A stretch of 64,000 nucleotides of DNA from Oscillospiraceae bacterium (lineage in GTDB: Bacteria > Bacillota > Clostridia > Oscillospirales > CAG-272): positions 1,528 to 65,527 of the forward strand of contig SVSX01000004.1 of assembly GCA_015064085.1 (NCBI GenBank). Reading direction: 5' to 3'. Every line of letters starts with the position of its first letter. The first letter of the stretch is position 1. This document shows, piece by piece, positions 27,184 to 37,358 of the stretch. Position numbers and translations under genes: made by a program. A model generated the notes under the pieces. It had not been told where the DNA came from and ran no database searches. It saw only the letters and a list, made by a program, of their open reading frames with translations.

Positions 27184-28563
27184 TCATCTGCCGCCAACGG
27201 TAATATTCTTGACTCGGATAAGCGGCTGACCCACGTCTGTGGGTACGCTTCCGCTCGAAGAGCCGCATACGCCCTGACCAAAATCAAGGTTTTGTCCGAC
27301 CATATCAATATCCATCAATATCTGTGAGCCCGTTCCGATAAGTGACGCGCCTCTTACCGCCTCGCATATCTTACCGTTACGAACCATATATCCCTCTCTT
27401 ACCGAGAAGTTAAACGCGCCTGTGAGGGGATTAACAGATCCACCGCCCATTTCCTTGGCATAGAGTCCGTATTCAATAGACGCGATTATATCCTCGTTCT
27501 TATCAGGTCCATTATCGATATAGGTATTTGTCATTCTCGAGGTCGGTTCAAAGGTATAGGATTGACGGCGGCTATTACCCGTCATCGGCATACCCATTCT
27601 TCTCGATCCAAGTCTGTCTATCATATAATTCTTGAGAATTCCGTTCTCGATAAGCACGTTTCTCTGCGTGGGTGTTCCCTCGTCGTCGATGTTCACCGAT
27701 CCCCAGGCATTCTTTATCGTTCCGTCATCAATTGCCGTTACTTTATCGGAGGCGATCTTCTGCCCGAGCTTTCCGCACATTTCACTCATTCCGACTCCCA
27801 CCTGAGTCGCCTCAAGAGAGTGACCGCAAGCCTCGTGGAAAATAACTCCGCCAAATCCGTTTTCAATTGCGACCGTCATCTGACCCGCCTTGCAATATCC
27901 CGCTCCGAGGTTGACCATTGCCTGTCTTGCGGACTTCTCACCTACAGCCTTGGGAGAGAAAAGCTCAAAGAGCTCAAGCCCCATAGAGCGCCCCGGGGCG
28001 CAAGAGCCCGACTGGTTTTCATTTCCGTCAGACGCTGTAGAATTAACAACAATTCTCGTTGAGGTATGCTTATCCCCAACAAGAAGTCCTTCGCTGTTTG
28101 CGACAAGTATTTCACGCTCGGTATCCAAAAAGTTACCAAGCACCTGAACGATAGCCTCGTTATGGTCGTGAGCCGCAAAGCAAGCCTCCTTCAGAATATC
28201 GGTCTTGACCTTAGCCTCGGCACTTGCGGGGTCTACCTTTACACTGTGGATATCCACAACGCTCTTGGGAGTGAGGCAAAGCGACAGCGCGCCCTTACTC
28301 TCACCAAAAGCTTCTGCAACCGAACGAGCGCACGAAAGAAGTCCCTCACGGCTTATATCGGTCGTCGACGCGTATATCGTACGTGTTCCGCTGAATATGC
28401 GAATTCCGACCCCCGAAAGGTAATTATCGATTACTCTGTCGATCTTTTTATCTATAAATCTTATAACGTTGCTTCTTGTTCTTTCGGCAAATACCTCGGC
28501 AAAATCCGCACCGCTGGACATTGCCACACCGAGTATCTCCTCTATAAGCTTTTTATCAAGCAT
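27184..28563 (-). CDS. tldD: TldD metalloprotease
   Basis: HEACGH zinc motif and GAFNFSVREGYMVRNGK. 459 aa. Confidence 0.9.
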   Translation of the reverse strand: MLDKKLIEEILGVAMSSGADFAEVFAERTRSNVIRFIDKKIDRVIDNYLSGVGIRIFSGTRTIYASTTDISREGLLSCARSVAEAFGESKGALSLCLTPKSVVDIHSVKVDPASAEAKVKTDILKEACFAAHDHNEAIVQVLGNFLDTEREILVANSEGLLVGDKHTSTRIVVNSTASDGNENQSGSCAPGRSMGLELFELFSPKAVGEKSARQAMVNLGAGYCKAGQMTVAIENGFGGVIFHEACGHSLEATQVGVGMSEMCGKLGQKIASDKVTAIDDGTIKNAWGSVNIDDEGTPTQRNVLIENGILKNYMIDRLGSRRMGMPMTGNSRRQSYTFEPTSRMTNTYIDNGPDKNEDIIASIEYGLYAKEMGGGSVNPLTGAFNFSVREGYMVRNGKICEAVRGASLIGTGSQILMDIDMVGQNLDFGQGVCGSSSGSVPTDVGQPLIRVKNITVGGR

Positions 28564-28581
28564 AATGCCTCCAAAATCACA

Positions 28582-29718
28582 TTAGTTTTCAGAACGCTCA
28601 CCGAGAATGAGTCTGTATTTCTGATAGAAGCTCTCGAAATATCCACCCTCAAGTGCTTTTCTTATCTCTCTTGTGAGGTTATTGTAAAAATAAAGATTAT
28701 GGGCAACGGCAAGTCTCATTCCGAGAGACTCCTTCGCCTTTATAAGGTGTCTTACGTAGGAGCGGCTGTAGTTTCTGCAAGCGGGACAACCGCAATTTTC
28801 GTCAAAGGGTCTGGGATCTTTTGCGTATTTTTCATTCAGCAGATTCATCTTTCCGTGCCAGGTGAAGAGATTTCCGTGTCTCGCGTTACGGCTGGGCATT
28901 ACGCAGTCGAAGAAATCGACTCCCATATGCACTGCCTCGAGAATATTGCAGGGTGTTCCGACTCCCATAAGGTATCTGGGCTTATTCTTTGGCATATAGG
29001 GCTCTACAGCGTCGATTATCCGATACATCTCCTCTGTTTCCTCGCCGACCGCAAGTCCGCCGATCGCGTAACCCGCAAGGTCAAGCTCGGATATTCTCTT
29101 CATATGCTCTATACGGAGATCCTCGTAAGTACCGCCCTGGTTTATTCCGAAAAGAAGCTGATTTTTATTTATCGTTTCGGGCAGAGAGTTGAGTCTGTCC
29201 ATTTCCGCCTTGCATCGCTCAAGCCATCTCGCGGTCCTCTCGCAGGATCTTTTTACATAATCATAGGGAGCGGGGTTTTCGACACATTCGTCAAATGCCA
29301 TAGCTATGGTAGATGCGAGATTTGACTGGATCTGCATACTCTCCTCAGGGCCCATAAAAATTCGCTTTCCGTCGATATGAGAAGCAAATCTGACACCCTC
29401 CTCGGTTATTTTGCGCAGCTGCGCCAGAGAAAATACCTGAAATCCGCCACTATCGGTGAGTATCGGTCTTTCCCAATTCATAAACTTGTGAAGTCCGCCC
29501 ATTTCGTGGATCAGCTTATCACCAGGGCGTATATGCAGATGATAGGTATTTGAAAGCTCAACCTGACAGTCAAGATCAATAAGCTCTCTGGAGGAAACTC
29601 CTCCCTTGATTGCGGCACAAGTACCTACGTTCATAAACACTGGAGTCTGTATATCTCCGTGAACAGTGTGCATCACGCCTCTTCTGGCACGTCCGTCTGT
29701 TGCGATTATCTCAAACAT
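28582..29718 (-). CDS. tgt: tRNA-guanosine(34) transglycosylase (queuine tRNA-ribosyltransferase)
   Basis: TPVFMNVGT, LTDSGGFQVFSL, zinc site CGCPACRNYSRSYVRHL. Start at MFEIIATDGRARRG, just after the mutL stop. Confidence 0.96.
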   Translation of the reverse strand: MFEIIATDGRARRGVMHTVHGDIQTPVFMNVGTCAAIKGGVSSRELIDLDCQVELSNTYHLHIRPGDKLIHEMGGLHKFMNWERPILTDSGGFQVFSLAQLRKITEEGVRFASHIDGKRIFMGPEESMQIQSNLASTIAMAFDECVENPAPYDYVKRSCERTARWLERCKAEMDRLNSLPETINKNQLLFGINQGGTYEDLRIEHMKRISELDLAGYAIGGLAVGEETEEMYRIIDAVEPYMPKNKPRYLMGVGTPCNILEAVHMGVDFFDCVMPSRNARHGNLFTWHGKMNLLNEKYAKDPRPFDENCGCPACRNYSRSYVRHLIKAKESLGMRLAVAHNLYFYNNLTREIRKALEGGYFESFYQKYRLILGERSEN

Positions 29719-29728
29719 TTTTATCTCC

Positions 29729-31792
29729 TTAACATCTTTCGAACTGATGGTCAATTTTTTTCTTCGACAGCTCCATAGCTACGGGTCTGCCGTGTGGACA
29801 GAAGGTAATATCGGGAAGCTCCATAAGCTTATCCACAAGCCACGCCACGTACTCGGGCGGATATTCTCTGCCCGCCTTGATAGCCGCCTTGCAGGAAGCC
29901 TGATAAAGGGCTTTTTCAAAGATAATGTCTCTCGTCAGCATAGCCGTGCCCGTATTATTTTTCATTCTGTCCGCCATAACTGCGAGCATATCCGAAACCG
30001 CCTCAAGGCTGACACCCTCGGGAACTGCGGTAACGTTCACGGTATACTTTCCCGTCTCAAATTCAAATCCAACCGCCTCGATCTCCTTGCGGAATTCATT
30101 AAGCGCCGAAACCTCTGTGCTGGTCATCATTATTTCAAGTGGCAGAAGCAAAAGCTGTGACGTAGGCGCTCCCTGCTTCATTCCCGCCTTCAGCTGTTCA
30201 AATATCACTCTCTCGTGAGCGGCATGCTTATCCACAAGCAGCATTTTTTCTCCAAGCTCCACAACAACGTATGAGTTAAAGACCTCACCGACTATTCTGT
30301 AGCCAAGCTTTTTAGGTGCAGGAGCTTCCTCCTCTATCTTTGGCAGGTCTGTCTTTTCAATATCTGCCGTCATTTGAGGCTCGACCGCAGCGGCTGTCGC
30401 CGTCGGAATTTCAGGTTCAGGCTTTGGAGCTATCTCATTTGATATTTGTTCAAAGCTCGGTCTCTCCTCAGGCTGAATTTTCATTTCAGCTTTATTTTCG
30501 CTCTTTGGGTGTGCTTCTGACCTTGATTCTTTTTTCTCCTCGGACTTTTCCGCGGGGTTTTCCTGCTTCTTTTTGACGCTTCCCTTTCCTCCAAGGTACT
30601 CCTTCGCGTACTCCTCGGCGGTCATTCTGACGAATTTATCGGTACTCTGCTTTGTCCCGCTGACATTTTCGGAATGAAAAAGCTCTGCGGATATCTGCCT
30701 TTTTTTCAGCGACTCCTCACGCTTATCAGCGATTGCCACCTGACTGTCCGAAACTCTTCCCGTAAAATGATTTGTCTTTGAAACCGAAAAATCGGGGCGG
30801 GTCACGTTTTCCTCAAGGGCGTTTCTGACCGCGTAATATATAGCCTCAAAAACAGGCTTCTCATTTGAGAACTTGACCTCAAGCTTTGCGGGGTGAACGT
30901 TGACGTCAACGCTCATCGGATTAACAGTTATATAAAGCACACAGCAGGGGAATTTTTCGGGCGGTATGTATGATGTGAACGCCTGTTCTATTGCAGCGCA
31001 GGCTGTTTTACTCTTAACATATCTGCCATTGATGAAGAAATTCTGATAATTTCTGTTGGCTCTCACGTTGTCGGACCTACCGATAAAGCCGTTTATCGAT
31101 ATTCCCTCGCCCTCTCCCTTTACCTCGATCAGCTTTGACGCAAAATCCCTTCCGAAGACCGAATATATGGTATTTTTGAGATTTCCGTCTCCCACCGTTT
31201 CAAGGCGGACGTTTCCGTCGACTATGAGTCTGAATGCGATATGCGGCTTTGAGAGAGCTATCTTCTCTACCGCCGCCGACACCGCCGCCGCCTCGGTCAC
31301 GTCCTTTTTGAGAAACTTTCTTCTTGCGGGTACGTTGGCGAAGAGATCCTCAACGATAACGCTCGTACCGTCTGAGGCTGCTCTTTCGTATATACCCAGG
31401 ATCTCACCGCCTCTCGAATCAAGCATAGCTCCCGAGACAGCGTCCTTTGTTTTTGATATTATTCTGAGATGCGACACCGACGCGATCGCCGCAAGTGCCT
31501 CTCCTCTGAAGCCGAGAGTGAGTATACCGTCAAGGTCCTCAGCCTCCTTGATCTTACTCGTTGCGTGTCGTCTTATGGCAATGGGAAGATCCTCTGCCTC
31601 CATACCGCAGCCGTTGTCGGTAACGCGCATAAAGGTAACGCCGCCGTTCTGTATCTCGACGGTTATTCTGTCAGCCCCGGAATCTATTGCGTTTTCAAGA
31701 AGCTCCTTTATGACCGAGGCGGGTCTGTCGACCACCTCTCCCGCGGCTATAAGGTTCGCTACCGCGAATGAAAGCACGTTTATTTTTCCCAT
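29729..31792 (-). CDS. mutL: DNA mismatch repair protein MutL
   Basis: ANLIAAGEVVDRPASVIKELLENAIDSGA (GHKL ATPase). C-terminal endonuclease region DKHAAHERVIFE and FCPHGRP. Confidence 0.97.
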   Translation of the reverse strand: MGKINVLSFAVANLIAAGEVVDRPASVIKELLENAIDSGADRITVEIQNGGVTFMRVTDNGCGMEAEDLPIAIRRHATSKIKEAEDLDGILTLGFRGEALAAIASVSHLRIISKTKDAVSGAMLDSRGGEILGIYERAASDGTSVIVEDLFANVPARRKFLKKDVTEAAAVSAAVEKIALSKPHIAFRLIVDGNVRLETVGDGNLKNTIYSVFGRDFASKLIEVKGEGEGISINGFIGRSDNVRANRNYQNFFINGRYVKSKTACAAIEQAFTSYIPPEKFPCCVLYITVNPMSVDVNVHPAKLEVKFSNEKPVFEAIYYAVRNALEENVTRPDFSVSKTNHFTGRVSDSQVAIADKREESLKKRQISAELFHSENVSGTKQSTDKFVRMTAEEYAKEYLGGKGSVKKKQENPAEKSEEKKESRSEAHPKSENKAEMKIQPEERPSFEQISNEIAPKPEPEIPTATAAAVEPQMTADIEKTDLPKIEEEAPAPKKLGYRIVGEVFNSYVVVELGEKMLLVDKHAAHERVIFEQLKAGMKQGAPTSQLLLLPLEIMMTSTEVSALNEFRKEIEAVGFEFETGKYTVNVTAVPEGVSLEAVSDMLAVMADRMKNNTGTAMLTRDIIFEKALYQASCKAAIKAGREYPPEYVAWLVDKLMELPDITFCPHGRPVAMELSKKKIDHQFERC

Positions 31793-31820
31793 TTACTCAC
31801 CTCTGTTGCTTAACGCAACC

Positions 31821-34409
31821 TTATTTAAGTCTTTTCTGAAGATTGAAAAGGAAGCTCATTGCCTCGTATGGCGAAAGAGTATTTATATCAACCGCCTTAA
31901 GATCCTCAATGACCTGATCCTGAATACAGTCGTCAAAGGTTATCAGTGTGTCGTCCTTTTCCTCTTCCTTTGCCTTAGAGGTAGAAAGGGCGCGTGAGGT
32001 CTCCTCCACCGATGCGAGGACCTCCTTTGCTCTCTTTATTACCTCATTTGGGATACCCGCCAGCTTCGCCACCTCGATACCGTAGCTGTCGTCGGTATGA
32101 CCCCTTATTATCTTACGAAGGAAGGTTATATTATCTCCCCTCTTTTTAGCGGCAATATTATAATTCACCACGCCGTCGATCTCCCCCTCAAGAGAGGTGA
32201 GCTCATGATAGTGTGTGGCAAAAAGTGTTTTTGCGCCGATCTTTTTACTTGCTGTATATTCCACGATCGCTCTCGCTATGCTCATTCCGTCGAATGTAGA
32301 CGTTCCTCTGCCCACCTCATCGTATATGATAAGGCTTCTCTTGGTAGCGTTTCTGAGAATGTATGCCACCTCGTTCATCTCGAGCATAAAGGTAGACTGA
32401 CCTGAAGCAAGATCGTCTGAAGCGCCGACTCTTGTAAAGAGCTTATCTACAATACCTATTCTCGCGTCCGATGCGGGAACGTAAGAGCCTATCTGTGCCA
32501 TAAGCACGATGATAGCTACCTGTCTCATATAGGTGGATTTACCCGCCATATTAGGTCCTGTTATAAGCATAAGTCTGTTATTTGATGTATCGAGCTCGGC
32601 GTCGTTGGGAACGAAATAGGTATCCCTCACGAACTGCTCGACGACAGGATGTCTTCCGTCCTTGATGTGGATAACGTCGGTGCTGTCCACCTCGGGACGA
32701 ACGTATTTATTTCTGACGGCGACACCCGCAAGGCTGAGATATACGTCTATCTTCGCCATATCGGCAGCCGCTTTTCTTATTCTCGAGTTATTTTCCGCTA
32801 CAAAATCACGGACACCGCAGAAGAGCTCATACTCAAGAGAGCACACCTTGTCGGACGCGCCGAGTATCTTTGCCTCTGACTCCTTGAGCTCCTGCGTTAT
32901 ATACCTCTCGCAATTTGCGAGGGTCTGCTTTCTTATGTACCTATCGGGCACTTGGGAGATAAGGGATTTTGTGACCTCGATGTAATATCCGAACACCTTA
33001 TTGTATCCGATCTTGAGGGTCTTGATACCACTTGCTTCCCTTTCCTCCTCTGCTATACGCTCTACCCAGCTCTTGCCATTATTCATTATAGAGCGGAGCT
33101 CGTCTACGTCTGCATTATATCCGTCAACGATAATACCGCCTTCACGTATCGAAAAAGGAGGATCTTCCTCAATAGCTGAGTTTATCTTTGCGCAAACGTC
33201 CTCAAGAGTATCAAGCTCCTGACAGATCGTTGAAAGCTCACGGCTTTTACATACCGAAAGCTTTTCCTTAAGCTCGGGAAGAACCGATATCGTTGAAGCT
33301 ACCGCTCTGAGATCCTTTCCGTTGGCAGTACCGTATATGACCTTTGTCATAAGACGCTCGAGGTCGAGAACTCCCTCAAGAAGTATCGAAAGCTCCTCGC
33401 GAAGCATATAGTCGTCAACGAACTCGCCGACGGCATTCTGTCTGTCAGCGATCTTCGAGGTGTTAAGAAGCGGACTCTCAAGCCACTTACGAAGAAGTCT
33501 CGCGCCGGCGGCGGTCTTTGTTCTGTCCAAGACCCAAAGGAGAGAGCCCTTCTTTTCCTTACTTCTCATCGTCTCGCATATCTCAAGATTCCGTCTCGTG
33601 CTTATATCCATCTCAAGGAACTGACCGTCGCTATAGACGTTTATATCCTTGATATATGACAGATCCTTTTTCTGCGTTTCGGTAATATAAGAAAGGAGTG
33701 CGCCGAGAGCCGATACCACCGCGTGATCGGAAAGATCCTGCTCCCTCATTACCCCCGCGAAATGCTCATTCACGAGTCGGTTCGCGTCATCATAGGCAAA
33801 GCGAACACTCTGTCTGTCGCCAAGCATAGCGGAAAGTCGGTCTCTTATAAGGACGTGCGCTTCTCCAAGCTTGGAAGCCGAAACGTTGGTTATGACCTCT
33901 CGCGGCTGATAAGTTCCAAGCTCATTGCAGAGCCTCGATATTATACCGTCGCCACAGAATGAGGTAGCATATATCTGGGCGGTTGAAATATCTGCAAAGC
34001 AGAGTCCGCACTCGTAATCGTTAAGGTATATCGAACAGAGATAGTTATTTTTGTTTTCATTCAAAAGATTTGTCTCTATCAGTGTTCCGGGTGTAACGAC
34101 CCTTACCACCTCACGCTTTACGAGCCCCTTCGCGAGGGCGGGATCTTCGGTCTGTTCGCATATTGCGACCTTATATCCCTTTTCTATAAGCCTTCCGATA
34201 TAACCCTCGGAGCTGTGGAACGGAACTCCGCACATAGGCGCTCTTTCGGCTTCTCCGCAATCACGCCCCGTAAGGGTAAGCTCAAGCTCTCTTGACGCAA
34301 GGATAGCGTCATCAAAGAACATTTCGTAAAAATCTCCCAAGCGGTAGAAAAGCAGATAATCCTTATATTTATTTTTTACCTCAAAATACTGCTCCATCAT
34401 TGGAGTCAT
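31821..34409 (-). CDS. mutS: DNA mismatch repair protein MutS
   Basis: MTPMMEQYFEVKNKY..FYRLGDFYEMFFDDA mismatch domain, Walker A ITGPNMAGKST, STHYHEL. 862 aa. Confidence 0.98.
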   Translation of the reverse strand: MTPMMEQYFEVKNKYKDYLLFYRLGDFYEMFFDDAILASRELELTLTGRDCGEAERAPMCGVPFHSSEGYIGRLIEKGYKVAICEQTEDPALAKGLVKREVVRVVTPGTLIETNLLNENKNNYLCSIYLNDYECGLCFADISTAQIYATSFCGDGIISRLCNELGTYQPREVITNVSASKLGEAHVLIRDRLSAMLGDRQSVRFAYDDANRLVNEHFAGVMREQDLSDHAVVSALGALLSYITETQKKDLSYIKDINVYSDGQFLEMDISTRRNLEICETMRSKEKKGSLLWVLDRTKTAAGARLLRKWLESPLLNTSKIADRQNAVGEFVDDYMLREELSILLEGVLDLERLMTKVIYGTANGKDLRAVASTISVLPELKEKLSVCKSRELSTICQELDTLEDVCAKINSAIEEDPPFSIREGGIIVDGYNADVDELRSIMNNGKSWVERIAEEEREASGIKTLKIGYNKVFGYYIEVTKSLISQVPDRYIRKQTLANCERYITQELKESEAKILGASDKVCSLEYELFCGVRDFVAENNSRIRKAAADMAKIDVYLSLAGVAVRNKYVRPEVDSTDVIHIKDGRHPVVEQFVRDTYFVPNDAELDTSNNRLMLITGPNMAGKSTYMRQVAIIVLMAQIGSYVPASDARIGIVDKLFTRVGASDDLASGQSTFMLEMNEVAYILRNATKRSLIIYDEVGRGTSTFDGMSIARAIVEYTASKKIGAKTLFATHYHELTSLEGEIDGVVNYNIAAKKRGDNITFLRKIIRGHTDDSYGIEVAKLAGIPNEVIKRAKEVLASVEETSRALSTSKAKEEEKDDTLITFDDCIQDQVIEDLKAVDINTLSPYEAMSFLFNLQKRLK

Positions 34410-34465
34410 AGCATATTCCTCTGACGTGCTTTCGCACTGCTTTCTTTCTTTTTGTTGATGTTAGA

Positions 34466-34852
34466 TCAGTGGCAACCGCCGCAGGTAGCGCAATTGTGTG
34501 TGCAGGATGAGGGCTCTTCACCCGTAATGTTCGCTGTTATCGTTGCGTTGACCGAGTTCATAAGCTCGTTTACCTCTGCCTGGATCTCATTGAGCTCCAG
34601 AAATACGGGGCTTTCGGTGATCTCACGGTAAAGCTGATCTATTCTGTTCTGTATGATATCGATAAATGCAGTATCTCTTTCTTCCTTGGTTATCTCTCCC
34701 TGAAGAGCCTTCTGCTGAACCTCATATTCAAGGAGCTTCTTCTGAAGCTCAACGTCCGAGGTGTAAGCCTCCTTTGCCTCCTCAAGCTTTTTCAGTCTCG
34801 CGTCTTCCTTAAGTGCTTTGCCGAGCTCTGCGGCAAGTTCCATAATTTCCAT
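34466..34852 (-). CDS. YlbF/YmcA-family regulator-like protein with C-terminal Cys cluster
   Basis: 128 aa, helical. Conserved position between miaB and mutS. C-terminus CTHNCATCGGCH. Confidence 0.65.
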   Translation of the reverse strand: MEIMELAAELGKALKEDARLKKLEEAKEAYTSDVELQKKLLEYEVQQKALQGEITKEERDTAFIDIIQNRIDQLYREITESPVFLELNEIQAEVNELMNSVNATITANITGEEPSSCTHNCATCGGCH

Positions 34853-34883
34853 TTTTCTTTTTCCTTTCTGATATATATGTTTT

Positions 34884-36314
34884 TTATTTTACAATTTTAC
34901 CGTAAAGAGCAAAGGTATCTGCTCTTTCTATTGTGACGTTGAGGAATTTTCCCGTATCGGTATCCTCGCCATCAAAGAAAACGATCTTGTTTCCTTCTGT
35001 TCGTCCGCTGAACACACTTGAATTATTTTTGCTTCTTCCGTCGCAGAGAACTCTGATCGTTTTTCCCTCAAGAGGCTTATTCATCTCAAGAGAGATAGCA
35101 TTCTGAGTTGCCAGAAGTCTCTCAAATCTTGCGCTCTTTACATTCTCGGGTATCTGCTCCTCAAGCTCAGCCGCAGGTGTTCCCTTTCTCGGCGAGTATA
35201 TAAATGAGTATATCATATCAAAACGCGCCCGTCTGAGCGCCTTGAGGGTATCCTCAAAATCCTCCTCGCTCTCGCCCGGAAATCCCACCATAATATCCGA
35301 GGTAATGACCGCATCGGGCATTTTCTCTCGTATATAATCCACCTTTTCCATATAGGCGTCAAAGGTGTACCTTCTGTTCATTTCCTTGAGCACTGAGTTG
35401 CTTCCCGACTGCATAGGCAGATGAAAATGGTGCGCGATATGCTTCCCCTCAGCCATTGTGTCAACAAGCTTTTTTGTGGCGTCCTTCGGGTGACTCGTCA
35501 TAAAATGGAGCATATAGTCACCCTCTATGGTGTCAAGATAAGCTATAAGATCGGCAAAATCATAATCATAACCACTGTCCTTGCCATAGGAATTTACGTT
35601 TTGACCGAGCAGGGTTATGTCCTTGTATCCCTTCTCGATAAGCTCCTTTACCTCGGCATAGACCGCCTCTCGGGTTCTGCTACGCTCACGTCCTCTGACG
35701 TAAGGTACTATACAGTAAGAGCAGAAATTATTACAGCCGTACATTACCGATACCCAAGCTCTTGCCCCCGCCTTGCGCTTCATAGGAATTCCCTCGGCAA
35801 CAAGATATTCCGCTTCCTCGGGACAGTAAAGTCTCTTTGAAAGCCTCTTTTTCTCGAATATGAGCTCCGGCAGTCTATGTATCGACGAAGTTCCGAAAAC
35901 AAAATCAACGTAAGGATAGCTGAATTTTATCTCGTTGACTCTGTGCTCCTGGGTAACCATACAGCCGCAAACGGCAATAATAAGCTCAGGATCTTTATTT
36001 TTCAAGTGCTTATACTGCCCTATGACCGAAAGTGCCTTCTGTTCGGCGTGCTCGCGTATGGCACAGGTATTTACAACGATAAGCGATGCCGCCGAGGGCT
36101 CTTCACATATATCATAGCCCATAGCCTCAGCCATTCCCGCGATCTTTTCGCTGTCTGCCTCGTTCTGCTGACAGCCAAAAGTCATAACGAATGCCCTTCT
36201 TCGAGCGCCGTTCTGCTCAGCGTAACGCAGATTGTCTTCCTTGATCTTCTCTATATATTCAAATTGCTTCTCCATTTCGGAAGGAGGCAAAATATTATTT
36301 TTCTTTACATTCAT
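34884..36314 (-). CDS. miaB: tRNA i6A37 methylthiotransferase MiaB
   Basis: FVMTFGCQQNEADSE, radical-SAM CNNFCSYCIVP, TRAM C-terminus. Start set at MNVKKNN (36314), downstream of the predicted promoter. Confidence 0.93.
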   Translation of the reverse strand: MNVKKNNILPPSEMEKQFEYIEKIKEDNLRYAEQNGARRRAFVMTFGCQQNEADSEKIAGMAEAMGYDICEEPSAASLIVVNTCAIREHAEQKALSVIGQYKHLKNKDPELIIAVCGCMVTQEHRVNEIKFSYPYVDFVFGTSSIHRLPELIFEKKRLSKRLYCPEEAEYLVAEGIPMKRKAGARAWVSVMYGCNNFCSYCIVPYVRGRERSRTREAVYAEVKELIEKGYKDITLLGQNVNSYGKDSGYDYDFADLIAYLDTIEGDYMLHFMTSHPKDATKKLVDTMAEGKHIAHHFHLPMQSGSNSVLKEMNRRYTFDAYMEKVDYIREKMPDAVITSDIMVGFPGESEEDFEDTLKALRRARFDMIYSFIYSPRKGTPAAELEEQIPENVKSARFERLLATQNAISLEMNKPLEGKTIRVLCDGRSKNNSSVFSGRTEGNKIVFFDGEDTDTGKFLNVTIERADTFALYGKIVK

Positions 36315-36401
36315 ATATCTCCGTGGGTTTTTCCCAACACCTCTCCCGCCCAAAGGCGAATGGTTTGCCGCTATCACAAGGCAACAAAACCTCAATATAA
36401 T

Positions 36402-36430
36402 ATTATAATATAAATAACCGATTTTGTCAA
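36402..36430 (-). promoter_or_regulatory. consensus sigma-A promoter for miaB
   Basis: Minus strand reads TTGACA (36430..36425), a 17-nt spacer, then TATAAT (36407..36402). The leader is about 80-90 nt and contains a GTTGCC/GGCAAC hairpin. Confidence 0.6.
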
Positions 36431-36477
36431 GTTTTATCCGCAATTATAACGCAAAAAGAGGATTGTTTTTTAGCCTA

Positions 36478-36506
36478 TTGACAACAACAGCGTAAAATGT
36501 TATAAT
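36478..36506 (+). promoter_or_regulatory. consensus extended -10 promoter for the EEP gene
   Basis: TTGACA (36478-83), a 17-nt spacer ending in TGT, then TATAAT (36501-06). Confidence 0.65.
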
Positions 36507-36538
36507 TCAATCATCGGTATCTAAAAAAGGAGAATATT

Positions 36539-37300
36539 ATGAAAATAAAGGTGATGACATTCAACATCCGCTGTAAAAATCCCGGAGACGGAATAAACTC
36601 TTTCGACAACCGAAAAGAGCGAATTCTTAACGCCATAGTACAGGAGTCTCCCGATCTTATAGGCTTTCAAGAGGTAACCGATGCTCAGCGCAATTTTCTT
36701 AAGGAAAACATCTCCGATAAATACACCCTGCTTGGCTGCGGTCGCGATGCAAATTATTACGGCGAGGCGGTCTGTATAGCCTTTAAGCGAGAGCTTTTTG
36801 ATCTGATCTCCTTTGAGACCTTCTGGCTGTCAAGCACGCCGAAGCTCGCGGGAAGTATTTATGAGGGTAGCGACCAGAGCAACTGTCCTCGCTTCACGAC
36901 CTACGCGAAGCTTATCGCAAAGGAGCTTACAGAGCCTATTCATTTTTTCAATACTCACCTTGACCACCAAGGAGAGATAGCAAAGCTTCTCGGGATAACG
37001 CAAATAATACAGAAGATATCCGAATGCAAAGGAAAATTCCTGCTCACGGGAGACTTCAACGCGAATCCCGACTCAGAAGTAATATCCGCAATAAAAGCAG
37101 TAAAATCACCCTGCTTTAAGGACGCCACAGAGAACCTCGACTATACCTTCCACGCTTTTGGTCAAAAGTCCGCTCCATGCAAGATCGACTATATTTTTAC
37201 AAACGGAAATGCACTCGACAGCCACACCGTATCCGATAACCCCGACGACGGTATATACATCTCCGATCATTTTCCCGTCTGCGCTAATATTGAAATATAA
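36539..37300 (+). CDS. endonuclease/exonuclease/phosphatase (EEP) family protein
   Basis: KVMTFNIR, GFQEV, NTHLDH, LTGDFN, SDHFPV. All are EEP catalytic motifs. Confidence 0.88.
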   Translation: MKIKVMTFNIRCKNPGDGINSFDNRKERILNAIVQESPDLIGFQEVTDAQRNFLKENISDKYTLLGCGRDANYYGEAVCIAFKRELFDLISFETFWLSSTPKLAGSIYEGSDQSNCPRFTTYAKLIAKELTEPIHFFNTHLDHQGEIAKLLGITQIIQKISECKGKFLLTGDFNANPDSEVISAIKAVKSPCFKDATENLDYTFHAFGQKSAPCKIDYIFTNGNALDSHTVSDNPDDGIYISDHFPVCANIEI

Positions 37301-37316
37301 TAATACACATAAAAAA

Positions 37317-37347
37317 GCCCCTCGGCAGTTCAAATCCTGCCGAGGGC
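37317..37347. terminator. bidirectional GC-rich hairpin; left boundary of the AT-rich glycan island
   Basis: GCCCCTCGGCAG-TTCAAATC-CTGCCGAGGGC flanked by AAAAAA and TTTT. Near-identical stem to the hairpin at 44845-44871. Confidence 0.75.
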
Positions 37348-37358
37348 ATTTTCCTATA

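Noticed and set aside
28066-29325. 419-aa plus-strand ORF
   Set aside because: It is antisense to tldD and tgt, spans their intergenic gap, and shows no motifs or RBS. It is a shadow ORF.
31056-31997. 313-aa plus-strand ORF rich in Ser/Pro/Ala
   Set aside because: It is antisense to mutL and the end of mutS. The low-complexity translation is typical of reverse-frame artefacts.
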